Notes under the pieces: generated by a model
The model's database searches: none
What the model saw: the letters and a program-made list of their open reading frames with translations, nothing else
What the model was told of the DNA's origin: nothing
Part shown: in pieces, positions 39,206 through 49,574 of the stretch
Position numbering within the stretch: position 1 is the first letter of the stretch
Layout: each line of letters opens with the position of its first letter
DNA from: a virus
Reading direction: 5' to 3' (one strand)
DNA length: 64,000 nucleotides
Virus record (IMG/VR): IMGVR_UViG_3300029194_000001
Span: 68,238 to 132,237 of that record
Made by a program: the position numbers and the translations under genes

Positions 39206-39772
39206 TTAAACTCCAAAACTACTGCAAAGTGCCTGTAAACCACCGGAATATCCCTGTCCAATAGCATTGAATTTCCATTCTCCGTTGTGGCGATACAGTT
39301 CGCCAAGAACCATTGCTGTTTCTGTGGAATAATCTTCTCCCAGGTCGTAGCGGATCATCTCTTCATCATTGTCTTTGTTTACCATTCTAATGTATGAATT
39401 GGAAACCATACCGAAGTTCTGCAGTCTCTCTTCTGCCATATAGATAGTTACTGTAAATGCAATTTTTTCAACATCAGCCGGAATCTTTGTCAAATCAACG
39501 ATAATCTGCTCATCGTCTCCATTGCCTAAACCAGTAAGATTGTCACCCATATGCTGAACTGCACAACTTGAATGTTTGAGATTGTTATAATATACGAAAT
39601 CATCTGAATTTCTTACTTTTCCATTTGTTCCAAGAAGAAATGCTGCCGAATCCAGATCAAAATTATCACCATCGTACTTATTTGCATCCCATCCCAAACC
39701 AACGATAATCTGCTTTAATCCTGCGTTTCCTTTTGTAAGATCTACTTTCTGTCCTTTTACTAAACTTACCAT
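39206..39772 (-). CDS. TerD-domain protein, paralogue 3
   Basis: KGQKVDLTK...GLGWD...DLDSAAF...[13 protein letters not shown]...FGMVSN. Confidence 0.9.
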   Translation of the reverse strand: MVSLVKGQKVDLTKGNAGLKQIIVGLGWDANKYDGDNFDLDSAAFLLGTNGKVRNSDDFVYYNNLKHSSCAVQHMGDNLTGLGNGDDEQIIVDLTKIPADVEKIAFTVTIYMAEERLQNFGMVSNSYIRMVNKDNDEEMIRYDLGEDYSTETAMVLGELYRHNGEWKFNAIGQGYSGGLQALCSSFGV

Positions 39773-39786
39773 AATATTTTCTCCTT

Positions 39787-39975
39787 TTATTTTCTAGGAG
39801 TGGCATTTTTACCACTCCATTTATTATCTACTACTCGAAATGAAATAGGATATGCCATAACAGTTAAAAGGATAAATGGCAGAAACTTTGTTGCACATGC
39901 AAGCCCCAGCCCTACGGCGTAACAACACAAGGTTATATTTTCAATTTTCTTGTACTCTTTATCTCTTTTAACCAT
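39787..39975 (-). CDS. small membrane protein
   Basis: 62-aa ORF with two hydrophobic segments. Confidence 0.35.
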   Translation of the reverse strand: MVKRDKEYKKIENITLCCYAVGLGLACATKFLPFILLTVMAYPISFRVVDNKWSGKNATPRK

Positions 39976-39983
39976 ATACTTTC

Positions 39984-42611
39984 CTACTTTCTTTTAATTT
40001 TTATAACAGCTTTTCGTACTAAATCAATTGGGATAATCATAAATGCCAAAACAACTGTTACACCCCACTGCATAAGCGTCATTGCTGTACATCCCATAAT
40101 ATCTCCCCCGAACTGTGCCAGAGCAAATGTTAAGGCGAAAATTACAACTGCAATTTCGATGAAAAGTTTATTTTTGCCGATACCCTTAAACAGATTGAAT
40201 CCGTCTGTTCTAATATTAAATCCGTTGAATGTTGCCATCATAATGAGTAGTGCAAATCTGACTGTGGCATAAACAGACTCATTGTTTCCGAAAATTTTCT
40301 GTACCGGTGGTAATAAAGTAATACCAAAGATTCCAATAAATGCCACAACTGATACTGCAATCTGACCGATAGTTTCTTTTGAAAGAAGTTTTGATCCTTT
40401 CGGAATAGGCTTTTCTTTCATATATTCATCTTTCGCCGGTTCTCCACCAAAGGAAAGTGAATTAAGAGAATCCATAACAATGTTAATTACAAGAATCTGT
40501 ACTGCTGCGACTGCTTCTACAGCCATGATGATCGGATATAAAATACTTAGAATTACCAGACCTACATTGATAGGCAATTGGAATTTCAGGAACTTCATAA
40601 CGTTGTGCATGAATGTTCTTCCAAGAAGAACCGCATCTGTGATAGATACAAAGTTGTCATCTGTGATAATAATATCTCCAGCTTCTTTACATACGTCTGT
40701 TCCAGATCCCATTGAGAATCCAACATCTGCAGCTTTCAGTGCTGGTGCATCATTTGTTCCATCGCCAGTCATACCTACACAAAGACCAAGTTCTTGAGCT
40801 AAACGTACAATTCTAAGTTTAGTGTTTGGTGTTGCTCTAGCAATAACTTTAATATAAGGAAGTTTTTCTTTTGCCTCTTCATCTGACAATGCATCAAAGT
40901 CAATAGCAGACATTGCAATATCAGATTCACTTGTGATCAATCCAGCATCTTTTGCGATAGCTTTCGCTGTGTCGATAACGTCGCCAGTTACCATCATTAC
41001 TTGGACTCCTGCATCGTGCATTTTTGCCACTGCTTCTGGTACTTCCGGACGAACATCATCACGAATTGCAACCAAAGATGTAATAATAAGATCATTTGGG
41101 AATCCATCTTCTGGAAGCTTAGAAGAACTATAACCAGTAGCAATTACTCTCATTGCTTTAACGGTATATGATCTTACAATCATTTTAAGTTTATCTTTAT
41201 CAATAGGCTCAAGACCGTTTAGAGTCACGCATTTTGTTGCTGCATCAATCAATCTCTCTGGAGCACCTTTATAATATGTAAATGTCTCACCGTTATATTC
41301 TGTTTCAACAGCACTAAATTTATTTGCACTATTAAAACTCTTCTTGTTTACAATAGTTGTAGATCCAGTGATTTTCTTATACTCATCTGCATTAACTAAA
41401 GAAAGTAATGCTCTCTCTGTGGCATTTCCACCAACAATTTTATTATTTTCATCAAACATTGCACTACTATTTAAGATGACATTATATTTAAACAAATTAT
41501 ATGTATTTTCATCTTCTATAATAGATTTTCCATCACCCATTACATTCTCTACTGGAACAAGTTTCCCAACTGTAAGCGTTCCTGTTTTGTCGGTACAAAG
41601 TAACTGAATATTACCTGCTTCTGGAATCTTGTTAGTGTGTTTAGCTAGGACATTGTGTTTAATCATTACTTTTGCATTCTGCGCGGTAATAAGGTTAATA
41701 ATCAACGGAAGTCCTTCTGGTACTGCTGCGACAATAATGGTAAGCGCAGTTACTGCAATGGTAAGAATATTTTTCAAAATACCAATCCAACCCATTCCAA
41801 AGTATTCAGCGATACCGCCGTACTGGATAATGTTTGTGATAATCAATGCTACAACAATGATTAAAGCTCCGATATACCCGAATTTACTAATCTGTCCAGC
41901 AAGATCCTCCAACTGGATTTCCAGGGAAGTCTTTGTTTCTTCGATTTCATCAATGGTCGAAATTGTCTGACCGTTTACTGTGTCAACACCAACATTAGTT
42001 ACGATCATCTTTCCTTCACCGTCTGTTACCGTTGTTCCGGAAAACAGTGCGTAAGAATTTGTATAATCACTTGAATCCGCTTTTCTCTGACCACCAAATG
42101 CGATAGGTGAATCTTCTTTATCCCATGCTGTTTTTTTGCAAGGCTCTGACTCTCCATTCAATACAGAGTTGTCAACTTTTATATTTCCTTCTACCAGATA
42201 ACCATCTGCATGAATGGCTTCTCCGGACTGAATGATAACCAGATCACCGACAACCAAATCATTTGTATTGATATGCTCGATTTTTCCATTTCTGATTACA
42301 TTACAATAATGAACTGATGTCCTATCCTTCAACTCTTTTGTACTTTTCTGGCTTTTCAGTCCGGTGTTCATTCCTAACAATGCGATTGCCAATAATACTA
42401 CTGCTACACCAATCGGTTCTGAATAAGATCCCTGTCCAAACACTGCAATAACTGTAAATACAATCATCATTGCTAATAGAATCTGATTTATGTGATCTTT
42501 AAATGTTTCCATAAAGAACTGAAACCATGTTTTCAGCTTTTTCTCTGGCAGTTTATTACTACCATACTTTTCTCTCTGCTTTTCTACTTCACTACTTTTT
42601 AAACCGTACAA
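39984..42611 (-). CDS. P-type ATPase, Ca2+-transporting type (P2A/P2B-like)
   Basis: Phosphorylation motif CTDKTGTLT, TM4 PEGLP, MVTGDVIDTAKAIA, hinge GDGTNDAPALKAADVGFSMG, and about 10 TM segments. Confidence 0.88.
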   Translation of the reverse strand: MYGLKSSEVEKQREKYGSNKLPEKKLKTWFQFFMETFKDHINQILLAMMIVFTVIAVFGQGSYSEPIGVAVVLLAIALLGMNTGLKSQKSTKELKDRTSVHYCNVIRNGKIEHINTNDLVVGDLVIIQSGEAIHADGYLVEGNIKVDNSVLNGESEPCKKTAWDKEDSPIAFGGQRKADSSDYTNSYALFSGTTVTDGEGKMIVTNVGVDTVNGQTISTIDEIEETKTSLEIQLEDLAGQISKFGYIGALIIVVALIITNIIQYGGIAEYFGMGWIGILKNILTIAVTALTIIVAAVPEGLPLIINLITAQNAKVMIKHNVLAKHTNKIPEAGNIQLLCTDKTGTLTVGKLVPVENVMGDGKSIIEDENTYNLFKYNVILNSSAMFDENNKIVGGNATERALLSLVNADEYKKITGSTTIVNKKSFNSANKFSAVETEYNGETFTYYKGAPERLIDAATKCVTLNGLEPIDKDKLKMIVRSYTVKAMRVIATGYSSSKLPEDGFPNDLIITSLVAIRDDVRPEVPEAVAKMHDAGVQVMMVTGDVIDTAKAIAKDAGLITSESDIAMSAIDFDALSDEEAKEKLPYIKVIARATPNTKLRIVRLAQELGLCVGMTGDGTNDAPALKAADVGFSMGSGTDVCKEAGDIIITDDNFVSITDAVLLGRTFMHNVMKFLKFQLPINVGLVILSILYPIIMAVEAVAAVQILVINIVMDSLNSLSFGGEPAKDEYMKEKPIPKGSKLLSKETIGQIAVSVVAFIGIFGITLLPPVQKIFGNNESVYATVRFALLIMMATFNGFNIRTDGFNLFKGIGKNKLFIEIAVVIFALTFALAQFGGDIMGCTAMTLMQWGVTVVLAFMIIPIDLVRKAVIKIKRK

Positions 42612-42613
42612 AA

Positions 42614-43666
42614 TTAAATTTCTCCTTTCACAATTCTTTCGTTTACAGACATAACAAACTCATTGATTCTTTTATAATCCGGACTGTCTGGAAGTGATGT
42701 GTTTTCTGCATCATATTCCAGTCTCTTTTCCAACTCATTTACCATCTCAAAGAATTCTGGAATTGGCTGTTTGTTTTCATCTAAATATTTACCATTTCTA
42801 ATGTCCATCAACAAATAATGTTCTTTTTCTCTGTATGTAATAATCTTCTCATTTTCCAAAATATCAAAACACATATAGTACAGGCGAACCAAATGCATCA
42901 TGTGCTTACCTAATTTTCCATGCTCTACCGCATGTTTATTACGCTTACCAATTTTCGAGTAATCTTTAACAATATTATTCATTTCGGACCACATAGATTT
43001 ATAGTCACGTAACGGATAATGCTTTAGATTAATATCCATAAATACTTCGGTATCATAGTCTTCTTGAACCGCCTTATCTACATATAGTTTTATAGAATCA
43101 TCCGGAAATGTAAAATATTTTGTAGGAAAAGTATAAAATGCATTGTTTATCGAATTTAAAATATGTTGTTCACGCTCTGTTTGTCCTACTAAACGAGCTG
43201 CCTTGTTATTTGTTCTTCTTAATTGTTGCGAGGCATAACCACCAAATGAATGAATTGCCCTTTTAGATAAAAACATATGTGCATTATCTAATATTTCTTG
43301 TCCAATTGGATGAATATATAAATAATGTTCTGGTTTAAGCCCTCCTAGCTCAATAACATTAGGGTTGCAAGCTGCCATAAGATAAATAATCTTATTAAAC
43401 GCATAAATAGTTGTATCTGTATCTTCGTTGATAAATTGTTCAAAATTCTGGTTAGTAAGAATTTCATGCTTTTTATTTAAGCAAATTCCCCTCAAATCCA
43501 AATCGCTCGTTCCGTCAGATTTTTGAGTACCATAGCTATAGCTTCCACCTAACCCCAACAAAATAATGTTGGAGCCAAGGTGTTCATTGTTTCTCAGAAA
43601 ATCATAGTCCGGACCAGCTACTTTTTTCTTAATCTCTTCAATGTTCATATCAGTCAAACCTATCAA
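42614..43666 (-). CDS. Pol-beta-superfamily nucleotidyltransferase (MNT/ANT/CD-NTase-like fold; subclass unresolved)
   Basis: LGLGGSYSYGTQKSDGTSDLDL matches the G[GS]x9-13[DE]h[DE]h signature. It is followed by a helical C-terminal domain of about 200 aa. Confidence 0.6.
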   Translation of the reverse strand: MIGLTDMNIEEIKKKVAGPDYDFLRNNEHLGSNIILLGLGGSYSYGTQKSDGTSDLDLRGICLNKKHEILTNQNFEQFINEDTDTTIYAFNKIIYLMAACNPNVIELGGLKPEHYLYIHPIGQEILDNAHMFLSKRAIHSFGGYASQQLRRTNNKAARLVGQTEREQHILNSINNAFYTFPTKYFTFPDDSIKLYVDKAVQEDYDTEVFMDINLKHYPLRDYKSMWSEMNNIVKDYSKIGKRNKHAVEHGKLGKHMMHLVRLYYMCFDILENEKIITYREKEHYLLMDIRNGKYLDENKQPIPEFFEMVNELEKRLEYDAENTSLPDSPDYKRINEFVMSVNERIVKGEI

Positions 43667-45698
43667 TCTTAATCATTTTTACAATGTTGCCGGTAGTCAC
43701 TTTTACAATCAGATTCCACTCTTTATCTTTACTGTAGCCAACACCACAAGCACTTGCTTCATCTTCACCTTCAATAGGTGTTGAAGCTGTATATGCCTCA
43801 AGTGTTTTTCTAATTTCCTGTAAATCACCCTTAAGCATTTCAGTAAAGAAACCACGTCCAACTCCGCCTGTCATATCTTTGCAGTCTTTCAATAAGAAGA
43901 AAGTATGTTCACCAGATCGTTTATATGGATTTTCTCCCCACATGTTTGGAGACGGAATAATTGCAACAACTTCTGAGAATCCGTTGCTAATTCCCCAAGT
44001 TTCTTTAGTTTCTGTCTTTTTAGAATTTGCAGTAAACTTAGGATCTTCGCCATGACAATAATCAAATTCAAATACTACGTCTGTATTTTTTCTACAACTA
44101 TCACTTATAAGATTTCCATCATAAGTATAAATTTTTCCATTTACTTCAAGCTCTAATTTATATGGATTCTGGGTTGCTCTATTTGTATAGTTATTAACAA
44201 AGAATTTATAACGTCCTTCTGGAACTTTACCAAGTGGCCAACGAATGTTCTCAACAGGTGTTACTGTCTCACCATGAACATTTGCATCAACATCCAATGA
44301 ACCATATCCGTGATTCTTATGTCCAAAATAAATTTCTACTCCATCAGGACAAATACAATGCAAATCTAAATCTGTTCGTGTATTCCAGATTAGAGAGCAT
44401 CTGATCTCACAACCTTCATATTTTGCACCTTTTGCTTCAAGTCGCTCACGAATCACAGAATCAATACCACTCTGATAATACCAAGAAAATGGATTATCCC
44501 AGTTCATAATATTTTCAGATTCCGGAACCGCAGCTGTTACCATTCCCATAAGATGAGTTGTTCCATCAACCTTTACTTCCAATTTATCTGCGGTAGGAAG
44601 AATTGTTTTTCCGAATTTATCCCATGTCATAGTTACCTGTGGAATTACAGATTTTGTTTCATTACTATCTACAGCTTTAGTCTGAACTCCTGCAAATACT
44701 CCAGTCTTTACTTCATCTTTCTTTTCAGTTTTACTCTTCCAAATAAATTCATTCTCAGGAAGCTCATCCAGTTTTGCATATCTTCTTCTAAGTGAATCTG
44801 CAAGACCAAGTTTTTCAATAAGTTTTTCAGCACTTTCAACAGCTCTCTGAGTAGGTGCAGACTGTGAACGTCTATAATTCTCGGCACTCATATTAGTCTC
44901 AAATTTACGCTTGATAGTATCAAAGTCATCACCATCTACAATATAGTCAAGTAATGTACCTAACATACTTCCGGAAATGTGAGTAAATCCATTTGGAGCT
45001 GTAGCAGCATATTTCCAAATCATATTAGTGTGCTGTGGCTGATCATTGATAGAAGCAATCTTCTCTTTTGTTTCCTTAAACCATTTGCACATTGCTACAT
45101 AGCTGCTACCTCTATATAAACTTCCGGATTCTAATAAATTAAGTGCCTGATCAATCTGTGGCATGGAATACTTCTCAAGTGCTCTTTTCAGCATTCCATA
45201 ATCTTCAGCTTTCTCAGCAGATACCTGTGATGCATTTTTTACTCTTGATGTATTGATCATTACTCTTGGAAGTTTTACAGAAAAATGATGGAATCCATTA
45301 GTATCATATGTTCCAAGATCCACATAGTCTGATACGAATATATCCTGGACCTGTGCAGATTCAACAATCTCTTTCATCTGTGTAATTGGCTCAATAAACA
45401 TTCCAGGAATATTTTCAACATTCCAAATAGCAGACTCAGTTGTTCCATCTTCTTTAATAAATACAAGTCCACCAAATCGATCTACAAAGTGTTTACAAGC
45501 TCTACATGTATATTCCTGTTTGCAAGCATCTGGAAGATAGTAAAGAAATGTGTCAAATAAGTCAGATACGCTTGTTCTGAATAATGGTGTTTTTACATTG
45601 TCTTTCAATTTTGATGCAAAAGTTTTCTTAATGTTTTCAATAAGTTCCTCATATCCATTGTTCTCATTTTTCCAGATTTCCGGATCATACATCTTCAT
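43650..45698 (-). CDS. large hypothetical protein (682 aa); last gene of the Ter-like cluster
   Basis: A long, uninterrupted ORF that overlaps the NTase gene by 17 nt, which suggests translational coupling. No motif recognised. Confidence 0.5.
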   Translation of the reverse strand: MKMYDPEIWKNENNGYEELIENIKKTFASKLKDNVKTPLFRTSVSDLFDTFLYYLPDACKQEYTCRACKHFVDRFGGLVFIKEDGTTESAIWNVENIPGMFIEPITQMKEIVESAQVQDIFVSDYVDLGTYDTNGFHHFSVKLPRVMINTSRVKNASQVSAEKAEDYGMLKRALEKYSMPQIDQALNLLESGSLYRGSSYVAMCKWFKETKEKIASINDQPQHTNMIWKYAATAPNGFTHISGSMLGTLLDYIVDGDDFDTIKRKFETNMSAENYRRSQSAPTQRAVESAEKLIEKLGLADSLRRRYAKLDELPENEFIWKSKTEKKDEVKTGVFAGVQTKAVDSNETKSVIPQVTMTWDKFGKTILPTADKLEVKVDGTTHLMGMVTAAVPESENIMNWDNPFSWYYQSGIDSVIRERLEAKGAKYEGCEIRCSLIWNTRTDLDLHCICPDGVEIYFGHKNHGYGSLDVDANVHGETVTPVENIRWPLGKVPEGRYKFFVNNYTNRATQNPYKLELEVNGKIYTYDGNLISDSCRKNTDVVFEFDYCHGEDPKFTANSKKTETKETWGISNGFSEVVAIIPSPNMWGENPYKRSGEHTFFLLKDCKDMTGGVGRGFFTEMLKGDLQEIRKTLEAYTASTPIEGEDEASACGVGYSKDKEWNLIVKVTTGNIVKMIKIDRFD

Positions 45699-45717
45699 AA
45701 TTTTTTCTCCTTATTTT

Positions 45718-46152
45718 TTATTCAAAATATTTTTTAATGAGTTTCTTGGCAGATTTATCAGGAAGTAATTTTATAAGTCTGATAATTTCTTTAGTACATT
45801 CTCTCTCAAAATCATTGTCTGAGTCCTGTACCTCTTTATTGAATTTATCAATATATGAATTACTTACTTTCTGCCCCTTAATACTTTCTTCTCTCTTTTC
45901 TTTCATTTCATTCTGAATTTTCTTTGCTCTTTCAATATAGTCATCTGCAAGAAAATCGTCATACTGCATACTTACAGCATCTCTGATCTTATTTGTGAGA
46001 TCCACTGAAAGAATTGTTACAGCACCCATCGTTGGACGCATAACTGAGAGAAGTCCTTTTTCACTCATTCCTAACTTCTCATAAACTGTTTTAGCTCTAC
46101 TGAAAATTTCTCTATCTGTCATTTCATAGAAAATTAATTCTGCTTTTGTCAT
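45718..46152 (-). CDS. hypothetical protein
   Basis: 144-aa ORF. Confidence 0.4.
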   Translation of the reverse strand: MTKAELIFYEMTDREIFSRAKTVYEKLGMSEKGLLSVMRPTMGAVTILSVDLTNKIRDAVSMQYDDFLADDYIERAKKIQNEMKEKREESIKGQKVSNSYIDKFNKEVQDSDNDFERECTKEIIRLIKLLPDKSAKKLIKKYFE

Positions 46153-46172
46153 ATATATTCTCCTTTTTAAAA

Positions 46173-46340
46173 CTAATCAATTGCTATAAAATCAAATTCT
46201 TCTACTTTATAATTATCGCTCTCATAATGACGCAAATTAACTTCTAAATCATCAAATGGAAGACACGCAGATGCAACACGCATGTTCTGAGGATAATCTT
46301 TCAGAACATCAATTAATTCTTTTACAGTTTTTACCGTCAT
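46173..46340 (-). CDS. hypothetical 55-aa protein (too short for the ORF track)
   Basis: ATG at 46338-46340 is preceded by AAGGAG. Translation MTVKTVKELIDVLKDYPQNMRVASACLPFDDLEVNLRHYESDNYKVEEFDFIAID. Confidence 0.4.
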   Translation of the reverse strand: MTVKTVKELIDVLKDYPQNMRVASACLPFDDLEVNLRHYESDNYKVEEFDFIAID

Positions 46341-46517
46341 TTGTATACTCCTTTATTGATTTTTCAAGAGAATTGTATTACAGTTATCAATTAAGATATT
46401 AGTAGTTCCATGGATACCACACCAGGAACGTTGCACGCTACTGTATCCTGGTGAGGAACCTGTGGGAGTGCTAAAAGCACGTTTTAACATATGAATAAGA
46501 AAGGACAGAACGTTATA

Positions 46518-46700
46518 ATGACGATATTATTATATGGTAGTTTTGGAATTGCTATCATTTATGCTATTTGTCATATTACTTCTGTAGTCGGAAAGTGCTA
46601 TTTGGTGCACAAAGTCACTGAATCCAACTTGTCTGATGAACAAGTGAAGTCAATAGCCAAAATGATGTCCAAAGATATAAATATTAATATCCCAAAATAA
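46518..46700 (+). CDS. 60-aa small membrane protein on the plus strand; start moved to the second Met, which has an SD
   Basis: AAGGA sits 13 nt upstream of ATGACG (MTILLYGSFGIAIIYAICHITSVVG...). The first ATG of the track ORF has no SD. A structured leader lies upstream. Confidence 0.4.
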   Translation: MTILLYGSFGIAIIYAICHITSVVGKCYLVHKVTESNLSDEQVKSIAKMMSKDININIPK

Positions 46701-46806
46701 CGCTGTCTTGATTGAACATATGTTTCTCCTTTTATGAGGGCTGGTCATCACGACAGTCCTCTTTTATTTTTAATAGCAAATGGTGCTTGCTCATAAAACC
46801 AAACCT

Positions 46807-47016
46807 TTATCGTTTCCATTTGTAATGACCTGTTACTGCAATAATCACAAAAATAAGGAAAATCACAAATATTCCAAGACTAATCCATAACGGAATTAGA
46901 ACAACTGGCCACGACCATGTGATCAGTCCGGTAAGCTTAAGTACCAGAAACACAATCTGCAAAACACCTAAAATTCCCATACCACTTGAACTGCTACTAT
47001 TTCTTTTATTGTTCAT
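46807..47016 (-). CDS. small two-TM membrane protein
   Basis: 69-aa ORF, strongly hydrophobic. Confidence 0.4.
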   Translation of the reverse strand: MNNKRNSSSSSGMGILGVLQIVFLVLKLTGLITWSWPVVLIPLWISLGIFVIFLIFVIIAVTGHYKWKR

Positions 47017-47296
47017 TTTTCCATTCCTCCTCTTGGTGATCCATGTCCTCTAATTGTTGTTTGTCATGCTTTTTCCAATCCATACCAACACCATATCCAA
47101 AATTTGTTCTCCAATTTGCATGTCGCTTTTTCCAATTGGTTTTTTTCTTTGTATAACGAAATGCATTCATCTCATTATTGTTTTTTAATTTCCCATCACA
47201 TAGAGAATCATCTGAATTATGTTGGTATGCTTTTAACTTCCTTTTTCTCTGCCTAATTACTCTAAAAGTTTCCTTACGTCTTTCTGCTCTATCCAT
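47006..47296 (-). CDS. hypothetical basic protein
   Basis: 96-aa ORF. Confidence 0.35.
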   Translation of the reverse strand: MDRAERRKETFRVIRQRKRKLKAYQHNSDDSLCDGKLKNNNEMNAFRYTKKKTNWKKRHANWRTNFGYGVGMDWKKHDKQQLEDMDHQEEEWKNEQ

Positions 47297-47303
47297 TCAT
47301 TAC

Positions 47304-47681
47304 CTACTTCCAAAATAAAACTAAAAATGTTGCAGCAATTTGTGCTAAATGAATTAACTGATCCTGAATCAAATTAATCTCTTTCTTATTGGCTTTCATA
47401 TTATCAGTGATCATGTGAATTATTACATTAAGCACAAACACTAACGGATAATAATGTCCACCAAATATAATTACATACAATGTTGGTGCAAGCATCATCA
47501 TAAATGTCCAGCTAAAACTATGCATAAATAACGCCATCAGATAATCATGCTTATATAAATCATCTGGAGCATTTTTCTTCCACCACGATTTTTGTTTCGC
47601 AGACGCTAACCATCCTTGAAGATAATAGTCATCCACTATATGGCAAAAAATCATAGTGATTAAAATAATGAAATATTTCAT
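47304..47681 (-). CDS. membrane protein
   Basis: 125-aa ORF with multiple TM segments. Confidence 0.4.
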   Translation of the reverse strand: MKYFIILITMIFCHIVDDYYLQGWLASAKQKSWWKKNAPDDLYKHDYLMALFMHSFSWTFMMMLAPTLYVIIFGGHYYPLVFVLNVIIHMITDNMKANKKEINLIQDQLIHLAQIAATFLVLFWK

Positions 47682-47752
47682 CTACAATACCTTCTTCCCT
47701 ATTCAATTTTTATTTATTCTGGAAATTAACTGCGGAATCGCAGCTATAAGAA

Positions 47753-48142
47753 TTAATCCCAGGAGATTTTATCTCCATCTATTTTGTATCTTTTGTAATA
47801 TTTCATTCCCATGTCAAACAAAATTTGTCTATATTGCTTCTTATACGTATTCCATGGATTAAAATAATATTCATCGTTTGCAAATATAAATATTGTATGT
47901 TTTTTACCTTCCATCATTGCCATAGATATTCTTCTATTTTGGTCATAAACAGCACTATTAAATACATCTTTTATACGTTTATTAATTTTGTAACATTCTA
48001 CTTTTTTAGTAATAAAAGGAATTTTATATATACTTTTTTCAATTTTTTCTTGCAGCATTAAACATATAAGAAAAATTATTAAAATGGTAAAAACCATAAT
48101 ACCAATAATAGCTATAATTGTACTGAACATAAATTTCTCCAA
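47753..48142 (-). CDS. membrane-anchored hypothetical protein
   Basis: 129-aa ORF with an N-terminal TM. Confidence 0.4.
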   Translation of the reverse strand: MEKFMFSTIIAIIGIMVFTILIIFLICLMLQEKIEKSIYKIPFITKKVECYKINKRIKDVFNSAVYDQNRRISMAMMEGKKHTIFIFANDEYYFNPWNTYKKQYRQILFDMGMKYYKRYKIDGDKISWD

Positions 48143-48155
48143 TCAAACTAAATTT

Positions 48156-48530
48156 TTATTCGATTAAAAAATTCTCTACTCTATTAATCTCTTCTTTTAA
48201 TCGTTTAATTCTATTCTGAATAAGGATATTAAAGCCTTCTACCGCTTCCTCATATGTATCTGCATATATTCTGGCTCCAATACCTACACCATTTTTCTTT
48301 AATTCACCATTCTTTTTATACTCAAAAAACATATAACCATCTATTCTACCTTTTACTGGTTTACAGAAAAAATTGGTCGCCCTTTCATCTTCTAAGTAAG
48401 CAAATGCAAAAACATCTCCATCTTTAATTTCATCTTCTCTATATTGCAATCCTGTCTCTTCAAAAATTTTATGAGTATAATATTGAAGCGTACCGCCAAT
48501 AGTATATTTATCAACTTTATAATGTAACAT
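48156..48530 (-). CDS. hypothetical protein
   Basis: 124-aa ORF. Confidence 0.4.
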   Translation of the reverse strand: MLHYKVDKYTIGGTLQYYTHKIFEETGLQYREDEIKDGDVFAFAYLEDERATNFFCKPVKGRIDGYMFFEYKKNGELKKNGVGIGARIYADTYEEAVEGFNILIQNRIKRLKEEINRVENFLIE

Positions 48531-48556
48531 AATAATTACCTCTTAAGCTTTCTATG

Positions 48557-49381
48557 TTATTCAATTTGATATAGCAAATACTTTAATTTATTAAATTTTT
48601 CTTCTGAAATACAATTTTTAATTTCTTTTAATTCAGTCTTTGTCATTTTAATTTCTTTTATTTTTTCCGAATCTGCAGTCCAAGCCTGATAAATCAAAAA
48701 TGCGCAGCTCCTTAAATATTGATACCCATAAGCAACATAGTATTCTGGTACGCCAGCCCTTTCTGCAAGATATTTTATCCACTCTTCTGTACTTATTGGA
48801 ATTTTCTGAGTATCACTCCTATATTTTACATATTCATAAAACTCATCAAGAAAAAGTTTCATAGGAACTAATAAAAAGATTGAAAAAATATCTGCAATCA
48901 AATCGTAAGAATTTGCTGGAAGTATGGGCATTACAAAATAATTTTCATATATCTTTTTATCATCTATATGTAGTATATATTTTGCTATTTCATTTGTTAC
49001 TGCATATCTTTTTTGTAAAGTTGGTATGTTCTTGTCAACATAAATAATCACTTCGTTTTCCTGTGTAATAGGGTTCTTCTCTATCAATAACTGAGAAACT
49101 TTACGATTTGGTCTTTTAATATTATCATTTGAGAAATCTTTCATATCTACTTGCCCAGTAAATATTTTTAATTTGTTTTCTATTTTATCAAGATCAATAG
49201 GTAATGAAAGTGGTTCATCTCCATAACAGTATTCTAATAATTTCTCTGCATATATATTTGAACGCCAACAACAAGACGCTATACTTTTCTTATTAAAACA
49301 TGATGATAAACTCACTGATATTTTATTTAACAGAGTATATAGTTCATCATTATACCTTACAACAGAATTATTTTTACTCAT
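48557..49381 (-). CDS. hypothetical protein
   Basis: 274-aa ORF. Confidence 0.45.
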   Translation of the reverse strand: MSKNNSVVRYNDELYTLLNKISVSLSSCFNKKSIASCCWRSNIYAEKLLEYCYGDEPLSLPIDLDKIENKLKIFTGQVDMKDFSNDNIKRPNRKVSQLLIEKNPITQENEVIIYVDKNIPTLQKRYAVTNEIAKYILHIDDKKIYENYFVMPILPANSYDLIADIFSIFLLVPMKLFLDEFYEYVKYRSDTQKIPISTEEWIKYLAERAGVPEYYVAYGYQYLRSCAFLIYQAWTADSEKIKEIKMTKTELKEIKNCISEEKFNKLKYLLYQIE

Positions 49382-49574
49382 TTTTCAAAAACTCCTTACC
49401 CATATCTTCTTTGATTTTATCAATCTGGCAATAACGAAATGCATTATTCAACGAATATCCTTCATCGCATTTCTTCATAACCTTGCTAAAGAAACTCATA
49501 AACTCTTCTTCGTTGTAATCATTAAAGCACTCTTTATAACACTTCTGTACTTGCTGCTAATAGTCAATTTTCTT

